A stretch of DNA of 64,000 nucleotides. It comes from Candidatus Bathyarchaeota archaeon. Its GTDB lineage: Archaea; Thermoproteota; Bathyarchaeia; 40CM-2-53-6; RBG-13-38-9. The translations under genes and the position numbers were made by a program. Shown piece after piece: positions 29,746-39,872 of this stretch. The stretch lies in NCBI GenBank assembly GCA_963807605.1, contig CAWECG010000003.1, positions 832,001 to 896,000 on the forward strand, read 5' to 3'. Position 1 is the stretch's first letter. Each line of letters starts with the position of its first letter. The notes below the pieces were generated by a model. It saw only the letters and a program-made list of their open reading frames with translations. It was not told where the DNA came from and searched no databases.

Positions 29746-30738
29746 ATGACTGAGCTTGGTTGGTGCGGAGGGTTCGTCATCAGAACTCGTGAGAACCAGC
29801 TGGTCTTCGATCCAAGCTCAACAGGCAACTTAAGACAGGATTCTTCAATCTTCATATCTCATGCTCATGCAGACCATTCTACAGGTTTGAGGAGCAAGTT
29901 CCTAAAGTACTCTTCCCAAGAGACCAGAAAGATCTTTGAGAATCTCTCAGGCAGATCTGTCGTCAACTTTCACGATACTAATTTAGGACGCTCTATAAAG
30001 CTCGGAGATGTCGAGGTAACCCCGATAAATGCAGGTCATATGCTGGGCTCAACACAGTTCCTAGTAACTTTGCCAGATACTACAATTCTATACACTGGTG
30101 ATATCAACTACATAGATACACTAACAACGAAAAGAGCTGAGAAAGTACAGTGTGACATTCTTGTCACAGAGGCAACATATGGGGATCCATTATATGTTTT
30201 CCCAGATAGGGAGGAGATCTACGCAAACATCGTCAAGTGGACTTTGGACCAGATCAACAAGGGGCTAGTGCCTACATTTCAAGTCTATGCAGCTGGAAAA
30301 GCACAAGAGCTTGTAAGGCTCTTTAACCTCTACACAAACCTTGATGTGACAACTAACCAAAAAATAGCAAAGGTCAATGCAATATACTCAAACAGCGGGT
30401 TGAACCTTAACTGTAATGAAGTTAACTCTGAAGTGGATAGTAAGAGTTGTGTTTGCATCACGACAAGATCGAATCCAATGAATACAAGGAATTACGCTCG
30501 GGCTGTCACAACCGGCTGGGCTTTAAAGATGCATTCAAGTAGAGCTGGCGCTTTTCCTCTTAGTAGTCACGCTGATTTTAGTCAACTCCTACAATTTGTT
30601 AAAGATTCTGGAGCTAAGATGGTATATGGCTTCACAGGTTACACTGACATCTTTGCAACCGAGATCAGAAGGAACCTTGGTATATCGAGTAGGCCATTAC
30701 CACACTTTGCGCAAAAGACATTACAATGCTTTAGCTAG
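29746..30738 (+). CDS. MBL-fold beta-CASP family nuclease (mRNA 3'-end processing exonuclease-like)
   Basis: ISHAHADH, NAGHMLGS, YTGD, EATYG.P, GKAQEL, LSSHADF. Confidence 0.88.
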   Translation: MTELGWCGGFVIRTRENQLVFDPSSTGNLRQDSSIFISHAHADHSTGLRSKFLKYSSQETRKIFENLSGRSVVNFHDTNLGRSIKLGDVEVTPINAGHMLGSTQFLVTLPDTTILYTGDINYIDTLTTKRAEKVQCDILVTEATYGDPLYVFPDREEIYANIVKWTLDQINKGLVPTFQVYAAGKAQELVRLFNLYTNLDVTTNQKIAKVNAIYSNSGLNLNCNEVNSEVDSKSCVCITTRSNPMNTRNYARAVTTGWALKMHSSRAGAFPLSSHADFSQLLQFVKDSGAKMVYGFTGYTDIFATEIRRNLGISSRPLPHFAQKTLQCFS

Positions 30739-30745
30739 CTACTCT

Positions 30746-30922
30746 TTATTTGAAAGATGCGTATGCTACCAAGCTGACGGCTATTAATGCGATACCCATC
30801 GCTATAATAAATTCTGGTCTCAATTTTATGCCAGCTGTCTCTTCTTCAAAGAAACGCAACAACCCGGCACTAGCCGCTGGCATAGGAGCTTCTCGGCGTC
30901 TCTTCTTCTCGCGTCCACTCAA
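30746..30922 (-). CDS. secG: Preprotein translocase subunit Sec61-beta (archaeal SecG); absent from the ORF track
   Basis: Own translation MSGREKKRRREAPMPAASAGLLRFFEEETAGIKLRPEFIIAMGIALIAVSLVAYASFK; AGLLRFFEE..IK..P plus C-terminal TM. Confidence 0.9.
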   Translation of the reverse strand: MSGREKKRRREAPMPAASAGLLRFFEEETAGIKLRPEFIIAMGIALIAVSLVAYASFK

Positions 30923-31050
30923 TTATCTCGCCACGAAATGGAATTGGGATCTCGCTTACTTTTAAACCTAGATCGTTAAATGGAGATTAACCGATAGATT
31001 AACGTAGTCTTATTCACGATTACTGCCGAAGACATCAGACAGGAAGGATC

Positions 31051-32139
31051 TTGATGATACTCTCAACAAAGATCATCACAATGGAAGGGGACCCAAAAGA
31101 GAGGGGCTTTCAGTACGGTTCCTCAGCCAAATCTCTGATCCAGACAAATGTGGAGACGTACCAGAGGCAGTTTAAGAGATTTACTAAACTGGACTGGGGA
31201 CAGATTAAAGCGAACGCCTCAGGTTGGATCCCTATAATAAGAGAATATGATAGCGAGATAATGGAAGAGATTGAGGGTATAGCATCCGGAGCTGAGAGAA
31301 CAGTCGAAGAGATTGTTGCCCTCAATGCAAGATATGAGCTTGCTATTACGCCTCTTTCAGGAAGATTTGATCGAGAATGCACCTCGTTCGCAGCTACCCC
31401 GGATGCGCCCTCCTCGACCACAGTCATCCTAGGCGAAAACTGGGATTTTAGAAGTAAGTTCAAGGAAACGTGTGTGCTTCTTAACATAAAGCAGACTGGA
31501 AAACCCAATATTCTCACCCATGTTGAAGCTGGGACAGTGGCTCACAAGGGTCTTAACTCATCCGGTCTCGGTCTTTGTATCAATGCGTTACTCTCTAACA
31601 AGGACAGTGTAAATCCTGGAGTTCCACTTGTGTCAGTAGTAGCGCGCAGAGTATTGAACTCTGAGACCATTAGGGATGCTATACACTCTGTGGCAAAAGC
31701 GAAGAGATCAGCCTCAATAAATTACATGATTGCACATGCTGGAGGCGAAGCTATAGACCTTGAAGTAACACCGAATGACATCACAATTCTACATCCAGAG
31801 GAGGGTATTTTGACACACTCAAATAACTTTCTTACTCCAAATATCGATCTAAAGGACTTAGGCAAGACTGTTTTCCCAGACTCGCCCATAAGATGGAACA
31901 GAATGAGACGACTCTTAAGACAGAAGAAGAGGCTCGATATCAAATCCATAAAGTCCGCAACAAGTGATCATTTTGATTATCCAAGCTCAATTTGCAGGCA
32001 CCCCGACCCGAGACTCCACCCTGACAATCAATTCGAAACCATAACATCCGTAGTGATGAACCTTAAGCAGGGGAGACTCTATATGACCGAGGGAAACCCT
32101 TGTAAAAATCAATACAAGTCCGTCCCTGTTGAATTGTGA
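31051..32139 (+). CDS. Peptidase C45 family (acyl-CoA:6-APA acyltransferase-like Ntn hydrolase)
   Basis: RGFQYG, LNARYE, ECTSF (autocleavage Cys), GENWDF, GLNSSG, THSNNF, SICRH. Confidence 0.88.
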   Translation: MMILSTKIITMEGDPKERGFQYGSSAKSLIQTNVETYQRQFKRFTKLDWGQIKANASGWIPIIREYDSEIMEEIEGIASGAERTVEEIVALNARYELAITPLSGRFDRECTSFAATPDAPSSTTVILGENWDFRSKFKETCVLLNIKQTGKPNILTHVEAGTVAHKGLNSSGLGLCINALLSNKDSVNPGVPLVSVVARRVLNSETIRDAIHSVAKAKRSASINYMIAHAGGEAIDLEVTPNDITILHPEEGILTHSNNFLTPNIDLKDLGKTVFPDSPIRWNRMRRLLRQKKRLDIKSIKSATSDHFDYPSSICRHPDPRLHPDNQFETITSVVMNLKQGRLYMTEGNPCKNQYKSVPVEL

Positions 32140-32287
32140 CAATGACATAAAAATGGTAAGATACAGGCGTAAAGGGTCCTCTTAAGAGCGTGAATATACA
32201 TAAAAGTGGTAAAGAACTTATCTTGCATACTGATGTCTAATTTCTTCTTTATATAGATTTTAGCATGAAAAGTTCAATATCTGCAAT

Positions 32288-32581
32288 CTAGGTCAATCGT
32301 TGTTGACCTACGTTGGTTAGTCTCCAAACCAAGGAACGCCCCACTTTGGTAGGTTTCACGATTGCCTCCTTCCTCAAGATTCTTAGATGGTAAAGTATAG
32401 AACGATAAGATAGACCCGTTTCCTTGGAGATCTTCTTGGCTTGGCTAGGCTGCCCTTCAATATATTCTATTATTCTTGTTCGGGCTCGCAAGCCTGCAAG
32501 TACATTTCTCTTGGTCGTAAGGTATGCTTTGGGATGGAATGGGAAAACTGGCATGATAGTGTCACTACATGAAGTCTGCAA
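32288..32581 (-). CDS. Small winged-HTH (ArsR-like) protein downstream of PolD large subunit; start may be ~32554
   Basis: FHPKAYL..RNV..GL.AR; ISKETGLSYRSILYHL HTH. Confidence 0.75.
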   Translation of the reverse strand: MQTSCSDTIMPVFPFHPKAYLTTKRNVLAGLRARTRIIEYIEGQPSQAKKISKETGLSYRSILYHLRILRKEAIVKPTKVGRSLVWRLTNVGQQRLT

Positions 32582-35500
32582 GCTCAGGCTGTTTCTTCAT
32601 GTGTTTTCCTTGAAATAGGGACTCTATCTCGTCTGAGATTAGTTCCAGCCATTGTTGATAGTAGAGTCCTATTTTATAGTTCTTTACTAGATTCTGAGCG
32701 ACATCCAGATATTTTTCGATAGCGCCTCGATGTACAGTCAGGGAGATCTTTCCGCCGCACCGAGAACAGATTCCACGTAGTGGTATTCTTCTGAACTTGG
32801 AATTGCACCTTGAGCATCTGAATCTCTGAGATGAGAAGGCCTTCAGATTCCCTACTACGTCTCGCATCAAGTGAGTTGAAAGAACTTTCTTCGCGACTTC
32901 CTGCGATCCAACCGCTCTCACTATGTCAGCCAGTCGTAATTGCTCTTCGATCTTGGCTAACATGGATGGGAGGCGCTTATATGAACTCTCCAGATTCCCT
33001 TCGTTGATATCATTCGTGTTGTGAGTAAAGCCTACAGGCGCATAGACATTCTCGCTATCCAGTCGGTTGCCTATTGTGGTGACAATACTGGTTGTGCTTT
33101 TTGAGTCAGCATGTTTGCCTGTTTCATAGAAGAACTGCAGTGGAAACCTGTCTACGACTTCTATGTTGAAGGCTTGTCTTGCTATCTCGTTAGGATTGAC
33201 GATTAGGGAAAGGAGAAGCGGCGCGTCCATTAATCCTCCAATTCGGCTTGGTAGGAATGATTTGGAGAAATTAAGGAGAACGTCAACTAATAGGATAACT
33301 GCATCTTCATCGCCGTCACAATCACGTCTTTTGGCAGCATGCCAGAATGGATGTGCAAGGCACACACTAGCTTTTGTGAATCCAATTATTCTGCCAATAA
33401 CGCCGACTGATGTGTGAGGGGATAGGCCTACAACTAGGTGGCCTATGAAATCTTCCCTTTTCTTGACATTGTAATAGGGTGAAAGGTTGTAAAGCCTCTT
33501 TAGCAACTCGTCTATGAACAATGCGGCCTTAACAAAGTAGTCGCCGCAACTCTCTGGGATAATGATATCTTGTATTCCTAGTGAGAATAGTTGCTCTGGT
33601 CTATATGCCTGTTCACCATGTATATCGTGAGCATAACCAAGTTCGAGCAACTTGTCGTGAGGCAAGCCAATTTCTAGTGGTTTGAAATGTGTCAGCGGAG
33701 CGTTAGTGGCATCAAATCTGACTGTTCCATCCTTGAACACTGAAAGATCGTATTTGGCTCTTAACAACCCCTTTTCTAGAGGTTCAGGCTTCTTGGCGTC
33801 GCTCATCATACCCCGCACGCATTTGACAAGCTCTGGAGGGGTTACCATTCCGAGCCTTCTTGCGGCGAGTTCCAAGAACATTCTGATGTTTACGGGTAGT
33901 TTTTCATGGGTAACGGCTTCAACTTTGCACACGGGGCACTGTCTACTTTCACAATTCCTGCCGCACTTAGGACAGGTTCGTTGTATAACTGTTGGAGAAC
34001 CGCATTTTAGGCATAAATTCGTATGTGTAAATTCATGACATTTAGGACATAATCTTTTCTCTATGTCTACTGACACAAATGTGTTAATTTTCGCTGCTTC
34101 AACAATGTTTCTCCTAGCTCCGCCGGCTAAGCCTATTGGGAAAAGCCCATGAACCATAGGCTTCATTTGCCTAGGATTTGCTTTCTCAGGTCTTCCCATC
34201 CTAGCCCCTATGAAAGTAGGAGCCTTTTCTTGAATAGGTATTCCAGATGCCTTCGTGATATATTCTATAGTTGATGAAAACTCCTTAGGTGGATTCCAAA
34301 ATCCCCCGAGACCTAAGCATTCATTCAGTATTTTACCTTCTGGGAGTATTACTTGTGTACCCTCAACTTCGTGAGGCACACATAACTTCTCAAGTGAAGT
34401 CTTGACTGCGCTATCCAGTTCTGTAAGGATCATCTGTTGTGAAGTGTCGACTTTGTTCAGGGAGTTAAGTAGTTCCTCTCTTAACTGGAGTATCTCGTTC
34501 GTGTTTAGACTATTCCAGAAATAAGTATACCTTGGATGTAGAGGTATCGCAAGAACCTTTGAGAGAATTAACGCTTCATGTGGGGATGGAATGTATTCTA
34601 GTGGAGCAGTCAAAAGTAAGCTAAGTCTTTCATTGTTGATTCCTAATTTATCACTTGCGGTTGCTATGGAATCATATTTGTTGTGGATCTCCTGACTGAG
34701 AAGTTCATTCCACCACTCTTCGACGAGACCAGATGGGGCTAGGGGTTTGTTATTTTCAACGAATTCACCAAATGAGACGAGAATGTCTCCCAGAAAAAGT
34801 ATATCGGTCACAGAACTCGCTATTTTTTTCGCTAGTTGAGGATCGTCAACTCTTTTGACCGAGCCGTTTACAAGTTTTACTATAGGTGGTTCGATGGAAT
34901 CTACGGGTGCAGCAACTCCCGCCTTGCCAGGCTTCTCTATTCGAAGTTGTGTACCGGCAGCAATGAAATCATGCAGAACATGCATGGTTGAAGGGTGTAT
35001 TCCAAGGGCGGTTAATCCTGTATTTCTTGATCTTCCATATCGTAGTCTGAAGCCGCCTGCAGTTGCTGGCATAGAGAAGATTGGTCTCCCGCCGACAACA
35101 TCCTCAAGATACATAAAATCACGGCTTTCTTCGACTTCTGATGTGCGTGGTCTAAAGTCTTTCAACCAGTTCCATCCGCTGATACCCAGCTTTTCAACTA
35201 TTTTCATGACTTTCTGAGTGCGACCTATCAGGCCGTCATTGATAACTCGGAGGGCTCCACCACGAACGCCATTGGTCTCGATCCTCGGCAGATTCCTGAA
35301 AGATGCCACTTCAATGGGGTCTGTCTGTACACCGTTGACTTCCACAGGAAGATTCATTACAACATTTGATAACTCCTCGTCGGATACTTTATACTGGAAT
35401 CGAGATACCTCTCTTTCGTAGAGTCTGAGTTCCTCTACAAACCTGCGGGCCTCGACCTCTGTCGCTCTATATCTATTCAGACCCATTAGATGTTGAATAT

Positions 35501-35987
35501 AGTCCGCAATAACAAGGATCAATGCCATATCAGTTCCGCCTGCAGAGCGTATGGGACCGGCAAAATATACCGCTAGATATCTGCTGCGGTCAGGGTTTGT
35601 CTTCACCCTGATGCTTGAGATTCCCTGTATGGGCGCTATTGTGACTCCCTCGCCCAGCATCGCCAGAGCAGTCCTGATAGCCTGATCTGCAGCTGATTCT
35701 TCACCGATTTTGCTGAAAGTTTGGGCTATCTCCTCGGCTATCTTGAAAGCCACCTCTTCTCTAGGCATGTTCTTGGTTAGTTCCCTAATCCTAGTTGCTA
35801 TACCAAGTGGTCCGACGGATTTCTCCACCCGCTCAGCTAGATCAACTGCAACAATGGACTCTGGCTCGGGTGAAGGATCGTAACCAAGGGAACGTGCTTT
35901 CTGAGCGATCGAGAAACCTTCTTTAAATCGTACCTCTAGCTGTTCCGTGTAACGTCGATACCAATCTGGAATGGAGCTCAAGAGCAC
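32565..35987 (-). CDS. polC: DNA polymerase II (PolD) large subunit DP2
   Basis: FAGPIRSAGGT, GGFRLRYGRSRNTG, FIGARMGRPEKA, KDGTVRFD, HAAKRRDCDGDED, zinc fingers; no intein evident. Confidence 0.98.
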   Translation of the reverse strand: MLLSSIPDWYRRYTEQLEVRFKEGFSIAQKARSLGYDPSPEPESIVAVDLAERVEKSVGPLGIATRIRELTKNMPREEVAFKIAEEIAQTFSKIGEESAADQAIRTALAMLGEGVTIAPIQGISSIRVKTNPDRSRYLAVYFAGPIRSAGGTDMALILVIADYIQHLMGLNRYRATEVEARRFVEELRLYEREVSRFQYKVSDEELSNVVMNLPVEVNGVQTDPIEVASFRNLPRIETNGVRGGALRVINDGLIGRTQKVMKIVEKLGISGWNWLKDFRPRTSEVEESRDFMYLEDVVGGRPIFSMPATAGGFRLRYGRSRNTGLTALGIHPSTMHVLHDFIAAGTQLRIEKPGKAGVAAPVDSIEPPIVKLVNGSVKRVDDPQLAKKIASSVTDILFLGDILVSFGEFVENNKPLAPSGLVEEWWNELLSQEIHNKYDSIATASDKLGINNERLSLLLTAPLEYIPSPHEALILSKVLAIPLHPRYTYFWNSLNTNEILQLREELLNSLNKVDTSQQMILTELDSAVKTSLEKLCVPHEVEGTQVILPEGKILNECLGLGGFWNPPKEFSSTIEYITKASGIPIQEKAPTFIGARMGRPEKANPRQMKPMVHGLFPIGLAGGARRNIVEAAKINTFVSVDIEKRLCPKCHEFTHTNLCLKCGSPTVIQRTCPKCGRNCESRQCPVCKVEAVTHEKLPVNIRMFLELAARRLGMVTPPELVKCVRGMMSDAKKPEPLEKGLLRAKYDLSVFKDGTVRFDATNAPLTHFKPLEIGLPHDKLLELGYAHDIHGEQAYRPEQLFSLGIQDIIIPESCGDYFVKAALFIDELLKRLYNLSPYYNVKKREDFIGHLVVGLSPHTSVGVIGRIIGFTKASVCLAHPFWHAAKRRDCDGDEDAVILLVDVLLNFSKSFLPSRIGGLMDAPLLLSLIVNPNEIARQAFNIEVVDRFPLQFFYETGKHADSKSTTSIVTTIGNRLDSENVYAPVGFTHNTNDINEGNLESSYKRLPSMLAKIEEQLRLADIVRAVGSQEVAKKVLSTHLMRDVVGNLKAFSSQRFRCSRCNSKFRRIPLRGICSRCGGKISLTVHRGAIEKYLDVAQNLVKNYKIGLYYQQWLELISDEIESLFQGKHMKKQPELADFM

Positions 35988-36114
35988 TAGCTCCTAGTCT
36001 GAGTATGTAAGGCGTCCCATCTACCTAAGCTTAACCTCGAACGGTTGCACTGTGCACCGACAGTATTTTGGTGTGAACAGTTTGAGAAGTTACGAAGCTG
36101 CATCCAAATTACCC

Positions 36115-37086
36115 ATGATAAGTTTGGGTGACATCCAGATTCCACGATTGATTCTGGGATACCTCCCTTTTGTGGGAGAGTCATACCAAGGACCAGCTAA
36201 GAACGCTGAATATTCTAGAAGATTCTCTAACATCGAAAATACGGTAGCTATCTTGACCAAAGCTGTGAAAGACTATGGCATAACTGTTATTGGTGCTCCA
36301 ACCCCAATTGAGGGTGATTCGGCAAGAAGATTTGTAAAAGCAATTGAGCAGACTTCTCACAATCTAGAGATAGATGTGGCGCTGATTACATGCCTACGAA
36401 TCCCTCTGCGCATAGGAGGCAATAAGATAGATGATTACAGGCGGTGGTTGACCTACTACAAAGTTGAGAGGAACCACGGTGGAAAAGATCTCTTAAGCAG
36501 ATACCTCGGTGATCCGGTGCTCCAAGCAAGAGAAAAGTGGAAGTCTAGATTTCTTGAGAATCTGAAGAATTCGCGTCCGTATTGTGGAGAGCTAGGAAGC
36601 CTTGAAATTGATTATGATTCGGTCAACAGAGCACTAACTGAATTAAATAATCTAAATGTCCTCTTTGTTGATCTTGGTTCAGAGACAGACCTCCTTGCCA
36701 TGGGTGAACGTACGGATCTGCTAGCCGATTTAGTTGATTGTATTTCTGACAACTATGGATATAGATGTCTCTTGAGTTGTCATCATGCAGGGTCAACCTT
36801 ACCGATCTTGGAATCCTCAAAAGTTGACTTCTATGGTTACTTGACTCCACTAAATAAGTTGGGGGTAATGATGTTTCCAACCCAGAGAGCAAGCGAAGAC
36901 GCTGTGAAAAACTCAAAGCAACCTGTAATAGCGATAAAGCCTTTTGCAGGCGGCAGACTACATCCTAAAGTAGCTCTTGAGTATGTCTACAACGAGCTTG
37001 ACATTCCAAGTTGCATGATTGGCGTAGCTTCATTAAAAGAGCTCGAACAAGACGCCTCAACGGCCTTACAAATTCTCTCTAGGTAA
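36115..37086 (+). CDS. Conserved hypothetical protein with aldo/keto-reductase-like TIM barrel
   Basis: IPRLILG..PF.G, PLNKLG..M, PVIAIKPFAGGRL.P..AL.Y. Confidence 0.65.
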   Translation: MISLGDIQIPRLILGYLPFVGESYQGPAKNAEYSRRFSNIENTVAILTKAVKDYGITVIGAPTPIEGDSARRFVKAIEQTSHNLEIDVALITCLRIPLRIGGNKIDDYRRWLTYYKVERNHGGKDLLSRYLGDPVLQAREKWKSRFLENLKNSRPYCGELGSLEIDYDSVNRALTELNNLNVLFVDLGSETDLLAMGERTDLLADLVDCISDNYGYRCLLSCHHAGSTLPILESSKVDFYGYLTPLNKLGVMMFPTQRASEDAVKNSKQPVIAIKPFAGGRLHPKVALEYVYNELDIPSCMIGVASLKELEQDASTALQILSR

Positions 37087-37091
37087 GCCAT

Positions 37092-37829
37092 ATGAGACTC
37101 ATTGATACACATGTTCACATAGAGGAGCTTGCTGCCATTAAGGGGGTTCTTGAAAGAGCTAAGGCTACAGAACTTGTAGCCATAGTGGCAGTTGGCTCAA
37201 GCCTAACATCAAATATGATGATACTCGAATTGACGAAGGAATATAGCGACTTCATCTATCCAGCTATCGGTATACATCCGCTAGAGGCGGGAACAAATTT
37301 GCAAGAGGCTGTCAGACTGATCGATGATAATGTACATAGATGCGTTGCAATTGGTGAGATCGGACTGGATTATAGCTATAAGGTAAATGGCACTCGCCAG
37401 AAAGAGGTCTTTGAGAGTATGTTAGAACTAGCGAAAAGGCATCGGAAACCAGTCTCGTTGCATTCTCGTGGTGCATGGGATGATGTTCTTTCTTATGTCG
37501 AAAAGCATGGCATCCGTGAAGGTGTCTTTCATTGGTACAGTGGATCCACTGAGACTCTGAGGAGGATCCTTGACAGCGGTTTCTATATCTCCGCAACGCC
37601 GGCTGTTGAATATAGTATAAAGCACAGGGAGGCTATCCAAAGGACACCGGTTGAACGCATTTTATTGGAAACTGATACACCCGTAAGATATCGTGGTGTA
37701 TCGAGTGAACCGAGTGATGTCGTTAAGGTCTTAAATACCGTCGCTAAGATCAAGGATCTTGCAGTCAGCCGTTTGGCCGATATCACGACATGTAATGCTA
37801 GTAATCTCTTCAATATACCAATTGACTAA
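37092..37829 (+). CDS. tatD: TatD family deoxyribonuclease
   Basis: IDTHVH, GIHP, AIGEIGLDY, LHSR, FHWYSG, LLETDTP. Confidence 0.95.
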   Translation: MRLIDTHVHIEELAAIKGVLERAKATELVAIVAVGSSLTSNMMILELTKEYSDFIYPAIGIHPLEAGTNLQEAVRLIDDNVHRCVAIGEIGLDYSYKVNGTRQKEVFESMLELAKRHRKPVSLHSRGAWDDVLSYVEKHGIREGVFHWYSGSTETLRRILDSGFYISATPAVEYSIKHREAIQRTPVERILLETDTPVRYRGVSSEPSDVVKVLNTVAKIKDLAVSRLADITTCNASNLFNIPID

Positions 37830-37841
37830 ATGTGACTTCCC

Positions 37842-38183
37842 ATGGCCCGTATAGGCTTATTTGAGTTCGCATTCGCACTCAGTGTTGTTGGAGCATTAAC
37901 CCTGATCATATTTAGCCTGTTTCGGCTTTTTGGAATAGCCGATGTTATTATTCCCTACTACTGGCTGATACCTTCTAGGTACCTCTTTCCTGTGGTGGGG
38001 GGGCTAACCGGAGATATCATCATAAACATTGTATGTGGTGTAATTGCACTCATCAGTTCTGGAAAAATTCACAGCCTTGCACGGACAGTTGTTCTAATTG
38101 TTGTTGGCGTCATTGCTGGCGGTGTAGGAGGTACACTGGTCCTGTTAGGTGGTATCTTAGGGCTGATCGGGAAGCTTACTTGA
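37842..38183 (+). CDS. Small membrane protein
   Basis: Hydrophobic, Gly-rich GG.GG.LV..GG.LGL C-terminus. Confidence 0.65.
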   Translation: MARIGLFEFAFALSVVGALTLIIFSLFRLFGIADVIIPYYWLIPSRYLFPVVGGLTGDIIINIVCGVIALISSGKIHSLARTVVLIVVGVIAGGVGGTLVLLGGILGLIGKLT

Positions 38184-38189
38184 TGTACA

Positions 38190-38864
38190 TCATAGGGTCG
38201 TAACAGTCACTAGCATTTTTCTAAGGACGTCAAGAATTATCGGGGCTACAAAGACTATTATGATTAGGTATGTTGCCAGCAAGCTTAATGTGATCAAAAG
38301 GTTACGAACCCATCTTGGACTCCAAGCCATCCCGAACGGGATGCCGATGAGAAAGCCAATTACATGGGAGACATAAGCCACGCCTCCCGAGAGACCGCTG
38401 TATACAGCAAAGACATTGTATAGAAAATAGATTATTGCTACCAGACCAACTGGAAGAAAAAGAAAGAGCCAAGAAAATTTAAGTGGTTTTACAAGCATGG
38501 CCGTTGCTGCCAATGTGAATATAGCAGCAGAGGCTCCTACAAGCGGGATGTTGGGTGGGTAGAAAGGTATTCCAAAGATTAACGTCGTGACACCTCCTAT
38601 AAAGAATGCTACTAGTGTATTCCTTCCACCTACAATGTTCTCTAAAGTGTTGCCGAACACATAGAGGAATAACATATTGCCCAGCAAATGAATCAGATTT
38701 GCATGTACAAAGAGGGTTGTGATTAGGGTCCAGATTCTCCCTGCTTCGAGGTTTGTTGTGCTGAAGGAAAGCAGGTTAGTTGTCTGCGGGTTTGCTGCCC
38801 AAACAAACAAACTGACTAACACGCATATTAGAATCAAGTTATTTGTCTGACTCGTCTTAATCAC
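38190..38864 (-). CDS. Rhomboid family intramembrane serine protease
   Basis: WTLIT.LFVH..LIHLLGNM, VGASAAI, VAYVSHVIG. Confidence 0.92.
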   Translation of the reverse strand: MIKTSQTNNLILICVLVSLFVWAANPQTTNLLSFSTTNLEAGRIWTLITTLFVHANLIHLLGNMLFLYVFGNTLENIVGGRNTLVAFFIGGVTTLIFGIPFYPPNIPLVGASAAIFTLAATAMLVKPLKFSWLFLFLPVGLVAIIYFLYNVFAVYSGLSGGVAYVSHVIGFLIGIPFGMAWSPRWVRNLLITLSLLATYLIIIVFVAPIILDVLRKMLVTVTTL

Positions 38865-38973
38865 CTGCGCGTCGAGTATATCACTACAACAAAGACTGCT
38901 ACAAAAGCTCTCGATAGGCGAGAGGCTAAGGGAAGCGGCCTAATTTGGATTGTCTCAAACTGATCATCTTGGC

Positions 38974-39360
38974 TCAGCTTGCTTGTACCTCCTCCTTTCG
39001 CTCACTAGCAACAAAGGCTCTGGGGATAGCCCTTACACTTGAATCTCCGGTCTTGGAAAGCGGTGATTCTGCAGGGGCTGTCGGACTTATTGGAGGTTGC
39101 CCGAAGCTGACGGGCGCTTGACCCTGTGTCTGTTGCATCACCTGAGCCATCTCGGGAGTCCATTGGACGATTTTACGTTCTTGAGGTAGCTGGAGCTGGA
39201 TCCGCTCGACACCCTTTTCGAGTACGCCCAGTCCCTTCTCGACAAGTTTGATGACGCCCTTGCCTTGAGAGGAGTCGCCCAAGAGGCCAGCCTCTTTGAT
39301 TGCTTGGACGGTCTCGGTTAGGGTTTGGACTTGGGTCTTGAGTTGGCCGATTGGATCGGG
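38974..39360 (-). pseudogene. Fragment of a Gln/Pro-rich protein, possibly of mobile-element origin
   Basis: Coding-like reading PDPIGQLKTQVQTL..QQTQGQAP in an apparently GC-richer segment; coding-like part starts abruptly at a CG palindrome. Confidence 0.35.
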
Positions 39361-39422
39361 TACACGTGCGCGCGTGCTAAGGCTTTTTCGTTCCAATATA
39401 TCAGCGCTCGGGCGAAAATGAA

Positions 39423-39629
39423 ATGCTAAGCTGGGTATGCACCAAGTGTGGTAAGACGGTAGCCACAACGCCGACGCTTTTGGATACGATGGATAAACTT
39501 GCAGGGAAAGTCAAGCCTGCTATTAGATGGCACGCTTTTGGGGCAAATTTCTATATAGTATTCGAGCGCACGAAAACCCCTCTAGCCATGCTCTATCTTC
39601 TTCCAGAGTTCAGGATACTTACTCGCTAG
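39423..39629 (+). CDS. Small CxxC-containing protein
   Basis: WVCTKCGK motif; 3' end overlaps the convergent gene. Confidence 0.35.
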   Translation: MLSWVCTKCGKTVATTPTLLDTMDKLAGKVKPAIRWHAFGANFYIVFERTKTPLAMLYLLPEFRILTR

Positions 39630-39872
39630 GCTGTCCTCGATGAGCGAGGCCGAGACTTTACTGATATTGAATTCCGGTTGTGTCTTACGTAGGTAGAGAA
39701 GGAGAGCTTTCGCCTTTGGGCTGACTAGGGTTATGCGTGGCTCTGCTTGTGCTAGCGTTTGGGCGTCCTTCCATGCGTCGGTGGTTGCTGCTTCAGGCTT
39801 CTCTTGGCTCTTGGTAGGTGGAGGCCCGAAGATTGTTTCAAGACCTCTTCCTAGACATGGCTTCTTACTCAC
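39582..39872 (-). CDS. Putative ParA partner: ParB-type N-terminal LGRGL peptide plus probable ribbon-helix-helix domain
   Basis: MSKKPCLGRGLETIF; C-terminal strand-helix-helix; overlaps the parA stop codon. Confidence 0.7.
   Translation of the reverse strand: MSKKPCLGRGLETIFGPPPTKSQEKPEAATTDAWKDAQTLAQAEPRITLVSPKAKALLLYLRKTQPEFNISKVSASLIEDSLASKYPELWKKIEHG

Noticed and set aside
30750-30965. 71-aa ORF on the plus strand
   Set aside because: Antisense shadow of the Sec61-beta gene
32565-35987. Intein in PolD DP2 (also considered for nrdJ, cdc6 and lhr)
   Set aside because: Lengths are ordinary and conserved motifs are contiguous; no intein-like insertion seen
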